From Ignavibacteriales bacterium (GTDB lineage: Bacteria; Bacteroidota; Ignavibacteria; UBA10030; UBA6906), in contig JBBIRR010000001.1 in assembly GCA_037441705.1 (NCBI GenBank), forward strand, positions 256,001 through 320,000: DNA of 64,000 bases, given 5' to 3'. Positions within the stretch are counted from its first letter, which is position 1. Every line of letters begins with the position of its first letter. Shown piece after piece: positions 54,447 through 64,000 of this stretch. Made by a program: the position numbers and the translations under genes. The notes beneath the pieces were generated by a model. That model was not told the origin of the DNA. It did no database searches and worked only from the letters and a program-made list of their open reading frames with translations.

Positions 54447-55831
54447 AACCCGACCGACATTCTTTGACACAGTATCCTACGACGAGCGCGCTGATCCGTT
54501 GGCTCCTTCTTCTGGCCGTCGTCTGCCCCGTTTGGGCACAGCAACCGCTCGCCCTCGACGAGGCCATTGCCATCGCCCACCGGAACAGCAAGGTGCTGCA
54601 GCTCTCTTCTGCCCGCGTTAACGCGGCCTCCGCAAAAGCGCGCGAGATGTCCACCCTTCTGCTTCCTTCCATCATAGTCACCGCCGGTTACCAACGCTTG
54701 AGCGACGTTGATCCGTTTCAGGTAACGGTTCCCTTTCTTCCTCAACCCATCGTCATCGCTCCGACGGTGCTGAACAACTACTCGACGCGGGTCTCTCTTC
54801 AACAACCTCTCTTTACCGGATTCACATTAGAAAGTAACGCCGCGGCCGCCGATCATCTCGCGCAGGCAAGCGAGTTTGAGGAACAGAACGACAAGGCCGA
54901 TCTGACGCTTGCCGTCACTGTTGCCTACTGGATGTTGTATCAGACGATCGAAACGAAGAGACTGATTGACGAGAATGTTGCACGGCTGGAAGCCATCGAG
55001 CGCGACACCAGGAATTTGCTGCGATCGGGCCTGGCAACACGCAACGATCTGCTGAAAGTTCAGTTGCAGATGAATACGGCGCAGCTTTCGCAGATTGACG
55101 CGGCGAATGACGTGCAGCTCGCGATGATGAACCTGAACGCCATCATCGGGCAGCCGCTGGAAACAGAGGTGCAACTCACATCGCGTCCGCTCTTTCCCGC
55201 GGACCCGGAGGCGAAGCCGTTCCGCCCGGAGGACAAAGAACGCGGCGAGCAAGCGCTGGCAGAGCGGGCCTTAACCGAACGGCCGGACATTTTAGCCATG
55301 CAGTCGCGCATCGAGGCGGCCAGGGCGTCCGTTCGCGCGGCACAGGGCAAATGGTGGCCGCAACTCTTTCTTACCGCCGGATACACGTACGCCCGTCCCA
55401 ACCTCCGATACCAGCCGACGCGCGACGAGTTCAAGAGTACGTGGGATATCGGTGTCCAGCTCCAGTTTGATCTGTGGACCTGGGGAGCGGCCGGCGATCA
55501 AACACAACAGGCTCAAGCAGCTCTCACGCAAACCGAGGTGCTGTACGAGCAGATGAAAGACATCATCACGCTCGACGTCAAGCGACAGTGGCTTGGAGTG
55601 CGGCGCGCGGCAGAGAAGGTCCGCGTCGCGTCGCTGGCCATCGAGCAGGCAGAGGAGAATCACCGCACGATGAACGACAAGTACACACACGGATTGGCAA
55701 CCGCCACAGACTTACTGGATGCCAACGTGGCGCTTCTGCAGGCGAGAACGAACTACTCCGCAGCGTTGGTCGAACACGAAATGGCCGCAGCGCGCCTGCG
55801 CCGCGCCGTCGGCTCACAGACGGCACGATGA
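54443..55831 (+). CDS. TolC family outer-membrane efflux protein
   Basis: Signal peptide; two OEP repeats (QPLFTG; Y--G-AT-TDLLDA). Confidence 0.9.
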   Translation: MKPDRHSLTQYPTTSALIRWLLLLAVVCPVWAQQPLALDEAIAIAHRNSKVLQLSSARVNAASAKAREMSTLLLPSIIVTAGYQRLSDVDPFQVTVPFLPQPIVIAPTVLNNYSTRVSLQQPLFTGFTLESNAAAADHLAQASEFEEQNDKADLTLAVTVAYWMLYQTIETKRLIDENVARLEAIERDTRNLLRSGLATRNDLLKVQLQMNTAQLSQIDAANDVQLAMMNLNAIIGQPLETEVQLTSRPLFPADPEAKPFRPEDKERGEQALAERALTERPDILAMQSRIEAARASVRAAQGKWWPQLFLTAGYTYARPNLRYQPTRDEFKSTWDIGVQLQFDLWTWGAAGDQTQQAQAALTQTEVLYEQMKDIITLDVKRQWLGVRRAAEKVRVASLAIEQAEENHRTMNDKYTHGLATATDLLDANVALLQARTNYSAALVEHEMAAARLRRAVGSQTAR

Positions 55832-55886
55832 GAACGGTAACGGCGCCATCGAAGGCAGATCACCTTTCGCCCACACGCAGCGACGT

Positions 55887-56834
55887 ATGAACGACTACGC
55901 CATCGAAGTCCACAACCTGACGAAGCGCTTTGGCGCATTCACTGCGGTGGATAACGTAAGCTTCACCGTGAAGCGAGGGGAAATCTTCGGATTCCTCGGC
56001 GCCAACGGCGCGGGCAAGTCCACCACCATTCGCATGTTGTGCGGCCTGCTTCAGCCCACAGCAGGCACGGCACGCGTGGGCGGATACGACGTTCAGAAGC
56101 AAACGGATAAAGTGAAACAAACCATCGGCTACATGTCGCAGCGCTTTTCGCTCTACGATGATCTCACCGTCGAGCAAAACATTCGTTTCTACGGCGGCGT
56201 GTACGGCTTGCGGAACGCCGAGTTGAACGAGCGGATGCAGTGGGTGATTGAGATGGCCGATCTCAGAGGACGTGAACAGAGTCTTACCCGGACGCTCTCC
56301 GGCGGATGGAAGCAGCGGCTCGCCCTCGGGTGTGCAATTCTCCATCAGCCGCAGATCGTCTTTCTGGATGAGCCGACCGGGGGTGTGGATCCTCTCGCAC
56401 GAAGAAAGTTCTGGGAACTGATCGGGCAGCTTTCCGCCGAAGGGGTCACGGTGTTGGTCACCACCCACTATCTCGATGAGGCTGAGTACTGCAACGACAT
56501 TATCCTCATCAATGCCGGAAAGCTGATCGCCGCCGGCAGCCCCGTTGAGTTGAAGACCGAGCACATCAGGTACCCGATTCTTGAGGTTGGGGGTTTAGAA
56601 AAGAGGGTTGTCGACGCGCTGGAGATTATCCGCGAACAACCATGGGCGCTCGAGGCTTCGGTGTTTGGTACCGCTCTTCACGTGATGGTGCAGGATGAAC
56701 GCGAAGGGCAAACGTTCATCCGACGCGCACTGAACTTAGCCGGCATCGAGGCGGCAAGCATTCAACGCATCGTTCCTTCGTTGGAAGATGTGTTCCTGTA
56801 TTTATTGGAGCGAACGAGCGAGGAGCGTCCATGA
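55887..56834 (+). CDS. ABC-2 type ATPase
   Basis: GANGAGKS, LSGGWKQR and TTHYLDEAE motifs; start at ATG 55887. Confidence 0.92.
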   Translation: MNDYAIEVHNLTKRFGAFTAVDNVSFTVKRGEIFGFLGANGAGKSTTIRMLCGLLQPTAGTARVGGYDVQKQTDKVKQTIGYMSQRFSLYDDLTVEQNIRFYGGVYGLRNAELNERMQWVIEMADLRGREQSLTRTLSGGWKQRLALGCAILHQPQIVFLDEPTGGVDPLARRKFWELIGQLSAEGVTVLVTTHYLDEAEYCNDIILINAGKLIAAGSPVELKTEHIRYPILEVGGLEKRVVDALEIIREQPWALEASVFGTALHVMVQDEREGQTFIRRALNLAGIEAASIQRIVPSLEDVFLYLLERTSEERP

Positions 56835-57964
56835 TCAAACGCCTGAAGCCGATCATCATCAAAGAGTTTCGCCAAATCCGTCGGGATCCGACGACGCTCG
56901 GCATGTTGTTGGTTCTGCCGACAGCATTGATCATCCTCGTCGGCTATGCGCTGAACTTCGACGTGAAGCACATTCCGCTTGCCGTGTTCGATCAGAGCAG
57001 AACACCCGACAGCCGCGCCTATCTGCAGCAGTTCGCCCACACCGAATATTTCGACTACCGCTACAACGTCCGTTCGTACAGAGAGATCGAGGATCTCTTC
57101 CTGAGCAACGAGGCGCGGGTGGCACTCGTCATCCCGCGCACGTTCGCTTCGGACCTTGCCGCCGGACGCAGTACGCAGGTGCAGATTCTTCTGGACGGTG
57201 CGGATGCAAACAGCGCAGGGCAGGCCGTGGGGTACGCAACACGCATGACCGTCGAATACTCCAATCGGATCACGGCGGAGTTTCTCGCACGCAAGGGACG
57301 TTCCCTGTACCTTCCCATCGACTTTCAGCCGCGCATCTGGTACAACCCCGACCTTGTCTCCAACCGATTCCTGATTCCCGGCCTGATCGGTTTCATCATC
57401 GTGCTTGCCGCGGTCATCTCCACAGCGTTGACTGTCGTGCGCGAGAAAGAGCGCGGCACGATGGAGCAGTTGATGGTCTCACCGCTACACCCTCTGCAAC
57501 TTGTGTTGGGGAAGGTCATCCCCTACTTCTTCATCAGTCTGGTAATTGCAAGCTCGATTCTGATTGTGGGGTATCTTCTTTTTGATGTTGAGGTCAAAGG
57601 AAGCCTGCTGCTGTTGTACGCGGGTATCGTTGCTATAATTTTCGGCGGACTCGGCCAGGGGCTGTTGATATCGAGTGTCACCGATTCCCAGCAGGTTGCC
57701 TTCATGATGGCGGCCCTCAGTTCGCTGCTGCCCACATTTCTGTTGTCGGGATTTGTGTTCCCGATTTCAAGCATGCCCGTGTTCTTGCAGATTCTCTCGA
57801 ATGTTGCCGTCACGAAGTTCTTTCTTGTCGTCGTTCGTGGCGTCATGTTGAAGGGCGTGGGTTTCGAGGCGGTATGGGATCAATTCCTCTACATGCTGAT
57901 CTTCGCCGTTGTGACGCTCGGTATCAGCACAAAGCGGCTGCAGAAGAGGGTGCTGCACTCATGA
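56831..57964 (+). CDS. ABC-2 permease (YbhS-like)
   Basis: KEFRQI-RD, WYNP and REKERGTMEQL motifs. Confidence 0.92.
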   Translation: MIKRLKPIIIKEFRQIRRDPTTLGMLLVLPTALIILVGYALNFDVKHIPLAVFDQSRTPDSRAYLQQFAHTEYFDYRYNVRSYREIEDLFLSNEARVALVIPRTFASDLAAGRSTQVQILLDGADANSAGQAVGYATRMTVEYSNRITAEFLARKGRSLYLPIDFQPRIWYNPDLVSNRFLIPGLIGFIIVLAAVISTALTVVREKERGTMEQLMVSPLHPLQLVLGKVIPYFFISLVIASSILIVGYLLFDVEVKGSLLLLYAGIVAIIFGGLGQGLLISSVTDSQQVAFMMAALSSLLPTFLLSGFVFPISSMPVFLQILSNVAVTKFFLVVVRGVMLKGVGFEAVWDQFLYMLIFAVVTLGISTKRLQKRVLHS

Positions 57965-59097
57965 AAGATTCTTTCCACATCATTTTCGAGATCATCAAGA
58001 AGGAATTCTACCAAATCCGGCAGGACAAACGCATGCTCGGCGTGTCGATCGTTGCGCCCATTCTGCAGGTGTTTCTCCTCGGTTACGCAGCGACCACCGA
58101 TATCAAGAACAGCACGATGGTAGTATGCGACATGGACCGAACCGCCGAGAGCAGAACGTTTGTGGAAAGCTTCACGACGTCGGGATATTTCATTCCCCTC
58201 TATTCCGTACAGAAGCCCGACGAAGCGACGCGCTACATCGAGGAGGCCAAGGCGAACATCATTCTGGTCATTCCCAGGGGTTTTGCGCGCAAGCTGTTCG
58301 GCCGCGAACAGGCGCAGGTGCAAGTTGTCCTCGACGGCACCGATGCGAACACGGCGAACATTCTGCTCACGTACGCAACGCAGATTGTCACCTCCTACGG
58401 GCGGAGGGTGGTAGCAAAGTATTCCACGCTGCCGTCGGGTATGAGCGTGCCGCAAATCCTGCCCGAGCCGCGCGTCTGGTTCAACCCCGATCTCAAGAGC
58501 GCAAACTACATGGTGCCCGGCGTTGTTGCCATGGTGCTGATGATAATCACGATGACGCTCACCTCCGTCGGCGTCGTGAAAGAGCGAGAGGTCGGCACGC
58601 TGGAGCAGATTCTCGTCACCCCGATCAAACCGCACGAGTTCATCCTCGGCAAGCTGATGCCGTTTGTTGTGATCGGGTTCGTGGATACGTTGCTGGTTCT
58701 CGCCGTTGCACGATACTGGTTTGAGATTCCGTTGGCGGGCAGTCTTGTACTGTTATTTGCATTGAGCGCCATCTTCATCCTCACCACGCTCGGCCTCGGG
58801 CTGTTCATTTCCACGATTGCAAGGTCGCAGGGCCAGGCGATGATGATTGCGCAGTTCTTCTTCTTCATGCCGTTCATTTTTCTTTCCGGGTTTACGTTCC
58901 CCATTGCAAACATGCCCGGCTGGATTCAGCTTCTCACGTACCTGATACCGCTTCGCTATTTCCTCGAAATCGTACGCGGCATTTTTTTGAAGGGCACGGA
59001 CCTTTCGCATCTCTGGCCGCAGGCCGCTGCACTGCTTGCTTTTGGAATCATCATTTTGAGCTTGAGCGTAAAGCGATTCCGGCAGACGCTGGAGTAG
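57961..59097 (+). CDS. ABC-2 permease (YbhR-like)
   Basis: KEF-QI-D, WFNP and KEREVGTLEQ motifs; ATGA overlap with the previous gene. Confidence 0.92.
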   Translation: MKDSFHIIFEIIKKEFYQIRQDKRMLGVSIVAPILQVFLLGYAATTDIKNSTMVVCDMDRTAESRTFVESFTTSGYFIPLYSVQKPDEATRYIEEAKANIILVIPRGFARKLFGREQAQVQVVLDGTDANTANILLTYATQIVTSYGRRVVAKYSTLPSGMSVPQILPEPRVWFNPDLKSANYMVPGVVAMVLMIITMTLTSVGVVKEREVGTLEQILVTPIKPHEFILGKLMPFVVIGFVDTLLVLAVARYWFEIPLAGSLVLLFALSAIFILTTLGLGLFISTIARSQGQAMMIAQFFFFMPFIFLSGFTFPIANMPGWIQLLTYLIPLRYFLEIVRGIFLKGTDLSHLWPQAAALLAFGIIILSLSVKRFRQTLE

Positions 59098-59155
59098 GCG
59101 GCCCCTTCCCCGCCCCCGCGGGCTTCATGTAGAGCTTTGATTCCGGATCATCCGG

Positions 59156-59186
59156 TTGCAAATCTCCAATCTCTTCTCTATCTTTG
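59156..59186 (+). promoter_or_regulatory. Putative promoter of the kinase-like/phosphatase/Omp85 operon
   Basis: TTGCAA-N17-TATCTT; the -10 also fits the Bacteroidota TAnnTTTG consensus. Confidence 0.5.
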
Positions 59187-59231
59187 ACCGTCGCTAACAG
59201 GGGATTCATCACTGTTACAGCCGTTCTTCGC

Positions 59232-60839
59232 ATGACCGACCAGCGCCGCTTGTTGGTAACGTTGAGTCTCTTGCTCATTGTTTCGGGCTGCGGCATCACC
59301 GTGTACGAAGCCGGCATCCCCCGCACGCCGATCGTTGACCCGCCCTCTGATCGTTCTCCACTGCCTGATTCGGTGACTGTTATTCCCGGACCCGAATACG
59401 AAGCCGGATGGTTTCACCGACTTCTGTTCGGTCAGCACTATCGTGATTTGTGGGCAACGCCCATAAAAGTGAAGGTGCTCGACCTGAGCGGTCTCACGCC
59501 GGTGAAAATGGGCGGCGGCTATCAAACCAAATCGCTGCGCCTGAAAGCCGACAACGGCAAGATGTATGTGTTCCGGTCGGTCAACAAAGACCCGCGACGA
59601 GTGCTGCCGCTGGACCTGCAGGATACATTTGCCGCCAATGTTGTGCAGGATCAGATCAGTTCGTCCAATCCGGCTGGAGCGCTGGTGGTGAATGTTCTGG
59701 CCGACGCCCTCGGCGTGCTGCACCCGAAACCGACTCTGGTTCTCATGCCCGACGATGAACGCCTGGGCGAGTATCGCGACGATTTCGCCGGCATTCTCGG
59801 CATCCTCGAAGACTATCCGACCGAAGGCGAGGGAAATACACCCGGCTTCGCCGGATCGGACAAGATCGTCGGCACCATCAAGTTGTTCGAAACACTCGAG
59901 AAGGATAACGACAACGAGGTGAACGCCGAGGCGCTGCTCACGGCGCGCTTGCTCGATGTGTTTGTGGGAGATTGGGATCGCCACCTCGATCAATGGCGAT
60001 GGGCACGCTTCAAAGAGGACGGACGTTCTGTGTGGTATCCCATTCCGCGCGACCGCGATCAGGCGTTCGCTCGCTTCGACGGCCTGCTTCCCGGCATCGC
60101 GGAAATGTCCGTGACGCAGTTCGAGAACTTCGATCATCGCTTCAGTGATATCACGAGTCTCACTTTCTCCGGCCGATACGTGGATCGTCGTCTCCTCGTC
60201 TCACTCGATCGGCAGGCATGGGACCGCATCGCCGACAGCATTGTGCGGAGACTGACGGATGAGGTCATCGAACGAGCCGTGGCGAATCTCCCGCCGGAAT
60301 TCTACACAAAGCGAGGAGCGTGGCTGGCGCAGGCCCTGAAGAGTCGACGCGCCGGCCTGAAGAAAGCCGCTGCGGTGTACTATGAGCTTGTCTCGGACTA
60401 CGTGGATGTCCATTTCAGCGATGATCCGGAGGATGTGGACATCCGCCGAATTGATAATGAGCGCGTAGAGGTGATTGCGTACAAGCGCAAGAAGGGATCG
60501 GGCGAGCGCGGCAGAGAACTCTACCGACGGACGTTTCTGCGAAACGAAACGGAAGAGATTCGCGTCTATCTTCACGGCGGTGACGATCAGTGTCATGTGG
60601 AAGGCGAAGTTCGTTCCAGCATCGTGGTGCGGGTGATCGGCGGGGGCGGCGATGATCGCTTTGTGGACGAGTCACATGTACGCGGCATGCTCTGGGGTTT
60701 TATCCCCTTCATTCCGCGAGCAGAGCGCTGTACCTACTTCTACGATCATGAAGGAACGAATACGATCGTTGCAGGATCAAGTTGTGTGGTTGACCGGAGT
60801 ACGTACGAGCCGCCTCCTGCGGGCCTGAGGCAGTACTGA
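59232..60839 (+). CDS. Lipoprotein with an atypical (HipA/PI3K-like) kinase-like domain
   Basis: LIVSGC lipobox; GGGYQT, YVFRS-K, D---GDWDRH-DQW and PIPRDRDQAF motifs; C-terminal GGDD/GGGGDD motifs. Confidence 0.7.
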   Translation: MTDQRRLLVTLSLLLIVSGCGITVYEAGIPRTPIVDPPSDRSPLPDSVTVIPGPEYEAGWFHRLLFGQHYRDLWATPIKVKVLDLSGLTPVKMGGGYQTKSLRLKADNGKMYVFRSVNKDPRRVLPLDLQDTFAANVVQDQISSSNPAGALVVNVLADALGVLHPKPTLVLMPDDERLGEYRDDFAGILGILEDYPTEGEGNTPGFAGSDKIVGTIKLFETLEKDNDNEVNAEALLTARLLDVFVGDWDRHLDQWRWARFKEDGRSVWYPIPRDRDQAFARFDGLLPGIAEMSVTQFENFDHRFSDITSLTFSGRYVDRRLLVSLDRQAWDRIADSIVRRLTDEVIERAVANLPPEFYTKRGAWLAQALKSRRAGLKKAAAVYYELVSDYVDVHFSDDPEDVDIRRIDNERVEVIAYKRKKGSGERGRELYRRTFLRNETEEIRVYLHGGDDQCHVEGEVRSSIVVRVIGGGGDDRFVDESHVRGMLWGFIPFIPRAERCTYFYDHEGTNTIVAGSSCVVDRSTYEPPPAGLRQY

Positions 60840-60922
60840 CGAACCCTTCCCCGCACACCGAAGGGATACACTAAGCGAACAACTCACGACGATCGCGAAT
60901 GATGACTCCGACATCCTTACGT

Positions 60923-62170
60923 ATGAGCAGAAGCTCTTTGTATATCTTCCTCCTCGTTGCCTACGCCGGCTGCTCGCAGAACGAATCGCTCCACGAGCGC
61001 AGACGCATGCTCACAGTCGTTGCCATCGGTGACGCAGGAGAGGGAGGCTCGACTCTGCGCGCCAATGCCGCGCTGGTCAACGATATGTACAGCGGCCGCC
61101 ATAACGGCGGCGCGCCGGAGGTCATGCTCTTTCTGGGCGACAACTTTTACCCGATCGGACTCAATGTGCCGAACGACGAGGTGGAGTCGCTCGTCCATAG
61201 CATTCTCGGTCCATTTCGCCCGACATTCGAGGGCCTGGGGCGATCGAACGTTCACGCTCTCGCCGGCAATCATGACTACTATGCTCGCAACGCTATTGAC
61301 AAGTCTATTCTGTTCGGCCTCATTAGCGTGACTGCCGGGTCCATCGGCCTGAGTGATCGCGGCAACCAGAGAAGTCGTGAGATCGAGTGGTGGACGTATT
61401 ACGCGGGCATGCCCGCTGACGCGGTATATCCTGTCAGCGCCGACTCGCAGGATAGTGTGCAGTTCATCTTCTATGATTCGGCCTTGCCCCTGCGAACCGA
61501 GCCGGCTACGTGGCGTCCTGCACTCGATAGCCTTCGTCGCCTGCTTGTCCGTTCTGCCGCGCGGAAGGGGATCGTGTGGCGCGTCCTGTGCCAGCATCAC
61601 CCCTGGTTTTCCGTAGGAGAGCACGCCGGCTATTCCATGTGGGATGACGAGTCTCGAACGGTCGCCTTTCTTCCCAATTGCGACAAGGACTCGAACGCCG
61701 TTCAGTGGTTCTTGAACTCGTTCGATCCCGAAGATCTCTGCGCGGAAAAATATCAGGCACAGCTCGATTCACTCCGGTCGGTGATTCGCACAAGCGGAGC
61801 CAAGATTCAGTTCACGCTCACGGGGCACGATCATTCGCTTCAACTCCTTTCCTATCCTGATGGGGAAGGCAACTGCACTGATTGCCCGACGCTTCACATT
61901 ATCTCCGGAGCGGGATCGCATCCTTCCATCGTCAAGCTTCCCGCCCCGCCGCGAGAATTCACGTCTTCTCAACCGTCTCAGAAGGGACGATCACATGCAG
62001 GGTTTGCGCAATTGCAGTTCAGTCCGGAGACCGTACGCGTCGTGTTCTTCAGCGCCTCGGATGGCGAAACAATTGATATGGGAGGGGGCATGAGAGAGTT
62101 CTATATTGATCGGAGCGGCCGCCTGATGCAGGGAATGCCGCACGAGGAGAACCACGGCTATGCGCGCTGA
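60923..62170 (+). CDS. Purple-acid-phosphatase-type metallophosphoesterase lipoprotein
   Basis: YAGC lipobox-like site; GDAG, GDNFY, GNHD, HHP and GHDH metal motifs. Confidence 0.85.
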   Translation: MSRSSLYIFLLVAYAGCSQNESLHERRRMLTVVAIGDAGEGGSTLRANAALVNDMYSGRHNGGAPEVMLFLGDNFYPIGLNVPNDEVESLVHSILGPFRPTFEGLGRSNVHALAGNHDYYARNAIDKSILFGLISVTAGSIGLSDRGNQRSREIEWWTYYAGMPADAVYPVSADSQDSVQFIFYDSALPLRTEPATWRPALDSLRRLLVRSAARKGIVWRVLCQHHPWFSVGEHAGYSMWDDESRTVAFLPNCDKDSNAVQWFLNSFDPEDLCAEKYQAQLDSLRSVIRTSGAKIQFTLTGHDHSLQLLSYPDGEGNCTDCPTLHIISGAGSHPSIVKLPAPPREFTSSQPSQKGRSHAGFAQLQFSPETVRVVFFSASDGETIDMGGGMREFYIDRSGRLMQGMPHEENHGYAR

Positions 62171-63323
62171 GTGGAAACAAGCATCTTGGCCCCTTGCTCT
62201 GCTTTTGTCGGCGATGCTCGCGCCGGATCCCTCCGCACGTGCGCAGGAGACCGACGAGGACGAGCAGGTCGCGAAGTATCAACCGTACCGCGACTACGGA
62301 ACCGACTGGCGGCTCAGCTCGCTCTTCGGCTTCACGCCCGAAGACGGCATCCTCGTCGGCACGGGCGCCATTGTGTACAAGTTCGCGTTCCGAACTTTCC
62401 CGTATCTCTATCGGATGGAACTTGTCGGAGGCATCACACTCTCGACGGGACGGTGGAAGTTCGTGTACACGGCAAAATTTCCCAGCCTGAGCACGAACGC
62501 GTCGCTCGACATACGTGCGTACGCCTCGGAGTTGGAAGTGCGCAACTTCTACGGCTTCGGCAACAACACGCCGCGTGACAAGCAGCTCGAGAAGAATGAC
62601 TTCTACCGTGTCGCTTCGCGGCAATACTACCTTGAGCCGCTGCTCCGATGGAAGTTTGGCGAGACAGTCACGCTCGGCCTCGGCGCGTCGATCAAACACT
62701 TTGAAGCACGACAGGAGGCAAACCGCTTCCTTTCCTCTGCGCTCCTCGATACGCTCGGCGACGATCGCTGGGTGGTAGGAACGGGAGTGAACGTTGAGAT
62801 CCGCACGGGCGAGGCCGGTGTGGCTCCGCGCCAAGGATTCTTCGCTGTTCTCTCGGCCTGGAATTATCCCTACCCATTCGACCGTCGCAGACCGTTCCAG
62901 CGCTACACCGCGGACCTTCGCGGGTACTCAAACCTCGGACCTGTTACGCTTGCTTTGCACGCTGCCGGAGAAAAGTTGGAGGGACAGTTTCCGTTCTACG
63001 AGGCGGCATTTCTGGGCGGCGCGACGTCTCTGCGAGGCTACAACCTGAACCGCTTCTCCGGGGACGCATCGCTGAGCGGCAGCGCTGAGCTGCGTCTCTC
63101 GTTGTTCAAACTGAAGCTGCTCCTGCCAACACAGGTGGGCGTGTTTGTCTTCGGCGATGCCGGCAAAGTGTTCCTCGACGGCAAAGCTCCTTCAGGCTGG
63201 CATGCCGATGCAGGCGCAGGAATCTCACTGGCACCCATTTCGGAGGAGTTGACGTTCTCCATTGCTTTCGCCTCATCTCCCGAAGGGCTGTTCGTGAACG
63301 GCGTTTTCGGGTTCAGCTTCTGA
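62160..63323 (+). CDS. Omp85/BamA-TamA family beta-barrel without POTRA domains
   Basis: Signal peptide (ARA-Q); LGG-SLRGY-RF-GD, SAELR and FGDAG motifs; terminal GFSF. Confidence 0.82.
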   Translation: MRAEWKQASWPLALLLSAMLAPDPSARAQETDEDEQVAKYQPYRDYGTDWRLSSLFGFTPEDGILVGTGAIVYKFAFRTFPYLYRMELVGGITLSTGRWKFVYTAKFPSLSTNASLDIRAYASELEVRNFYGFGNNTPRDKQLEKNDFYRVASRQYYLEPLLRWKFGETVTLGLGASIKHFEARQEANRFLSSALLDTLGDDRWVVGTGVNVEIRTGEAGVAPRQGFFAVLSAWNYPYPFDRRRPFQRYTADLRGYSNLGPVTLALHAAGEKLEGQFPFYEAAFLGGATSLRGYNLNRFSGDASLSGSAELRLSLFKLKLLLPTQVGVFVFGDAGKVFLDGKAPSGWHADAGAGISLAPISEELTFSIAFASSPEGLFVNGVFGFSF

Positions 63324-63464
63324 CCAACCTCCTGAAAAGCCGCCCGAGGAACGCGTACAGTCCCCCTACTTGCATTCGAACGGCGCTCAAGGTGGTGACT
63401 TTCTTGCCGAGTGTGCCTATCTTGAATTAAACCAGCACAGCGATCAATCCCTACATCATGTTTT

Positions 63465-64000
63465 ATGATTGGCAAGAGCATTCAACCTGAGATCCGCGCG
63501 CTGATAGAGGCACGCGACTTCATTACCCTGAAGGATGTGTTCGCCGACTGGCACCCGGCAGATCTTGCAGAACTGATTGACGATCTGCCGGACGAAGACG
63601 AGGCGATCATCTTCCGTCTTCTGCCTCGCAGACTTGCTGCGGAGACCTACGAGTACCTTACGCACGACAAGCAAGCGGCGTTGCTCAAAGCTATGGGCCA
63701 GGAACAGGTCGCCGCCATCCTGAACGATATGGCGCCCGACGAACGGACGGCGTTGTTCGAAGAACTGCCCAGCGCGGCGGTCCAACAATTGATCGCGCTG
63801 CTTACGCCTGAAGAACGAGCAACCGCGCAAGCGCTGCTGAATTATCCGGAGGACAGCATCGGCCGGTTGATGACGCCGGATTACATCGCCGTGCGCAAGG
63901 ATTGGACGGTGCAGGACGTGCTTAATTACGTACGCGCCAATGGGGAAGATAAGGAAACCTTGAACGTCATCTACGTTATTGATGACAAAGGGAAACTGAT
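63465..64000 (+). CDS. mgtE: Magnesium transporter MgtE, 5' part; runs off the window edge
   Basis: Hand translation: MIGKSIQPEI...HPADLAELI...MAPDER...YPEDSIGRLMTPDY...IYVID. Not in the ORF track. Confidence 0.92.
   Translation, partial: MIGKSIQPEIRALIEARDFITLKDVFADWHPADLAELIDDLPDEDEAIIFRLLPRRLAAETYEYLTHDKQAALLKAMGQEQVAAILNDMAPDERTALFEELPSAAVQQLIALLTPEERATAQALLNYPEDSIGRLMTPDYIAVRKDWTVQDVLNYVRANGEDKETLNVIYVIDDKGKL

Noticed and set aside
63324-63464. M-box (ykoK) riboswitch upstream of mgtE
   Set aside because: No AGGTGAGGCT core, and the region is too short.

Overview
A 64 kb, fairly GC-rich chromosomal window, probably from an Ignavibacteria-like FCB bacterium. This is inferred from two T9SS 'NYPNPFNP' C-terminal domains, sigma70-like promoters with SD sites, and a CIRCE box. 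Most of it is housekeeping: a beta-oxidation cluster (fadD, fadN-like, dienoyl-CoA reductase, thiolase) interleaved with two toxin-antitoxin-type modules and a decayed REP-associated tyrosine transposase, a phosphorelay locus, an AddA-like helicase-nuclease, obgE, sdhCAB, pdxB-GNAT-ppk1, pstSCAB-phoU with a putatively Pho-regulated TonB receptor and T9SS cargo, groESL, a TetR/HlyD/ABC/TolC exporter, and mgtE. The best candidate for an undescribed system is the operon at 59.2-63.3 kb. It encodes an exported atypical (HipA/PI3K-like) kinase-fold lipoprotein, a purple-acid-phosphatase-type lipoprotein and a POTRA-less Omp85 barrel, apparently a split, reordered version of the fused phosphoesterase-Omp85 proteins of Bacteroidota. 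Other highlights are an unannotated 49-aa secreted Cys-rich peptide gene, an EF-P paralog lacking the loop Lys/Arg, a DksA-zinc-finger/SpoIIE phosphatase fusion, a DHp-only protein, and several MITE/REP elements. All functional calls come from motif recognition by eye; no searches were run.
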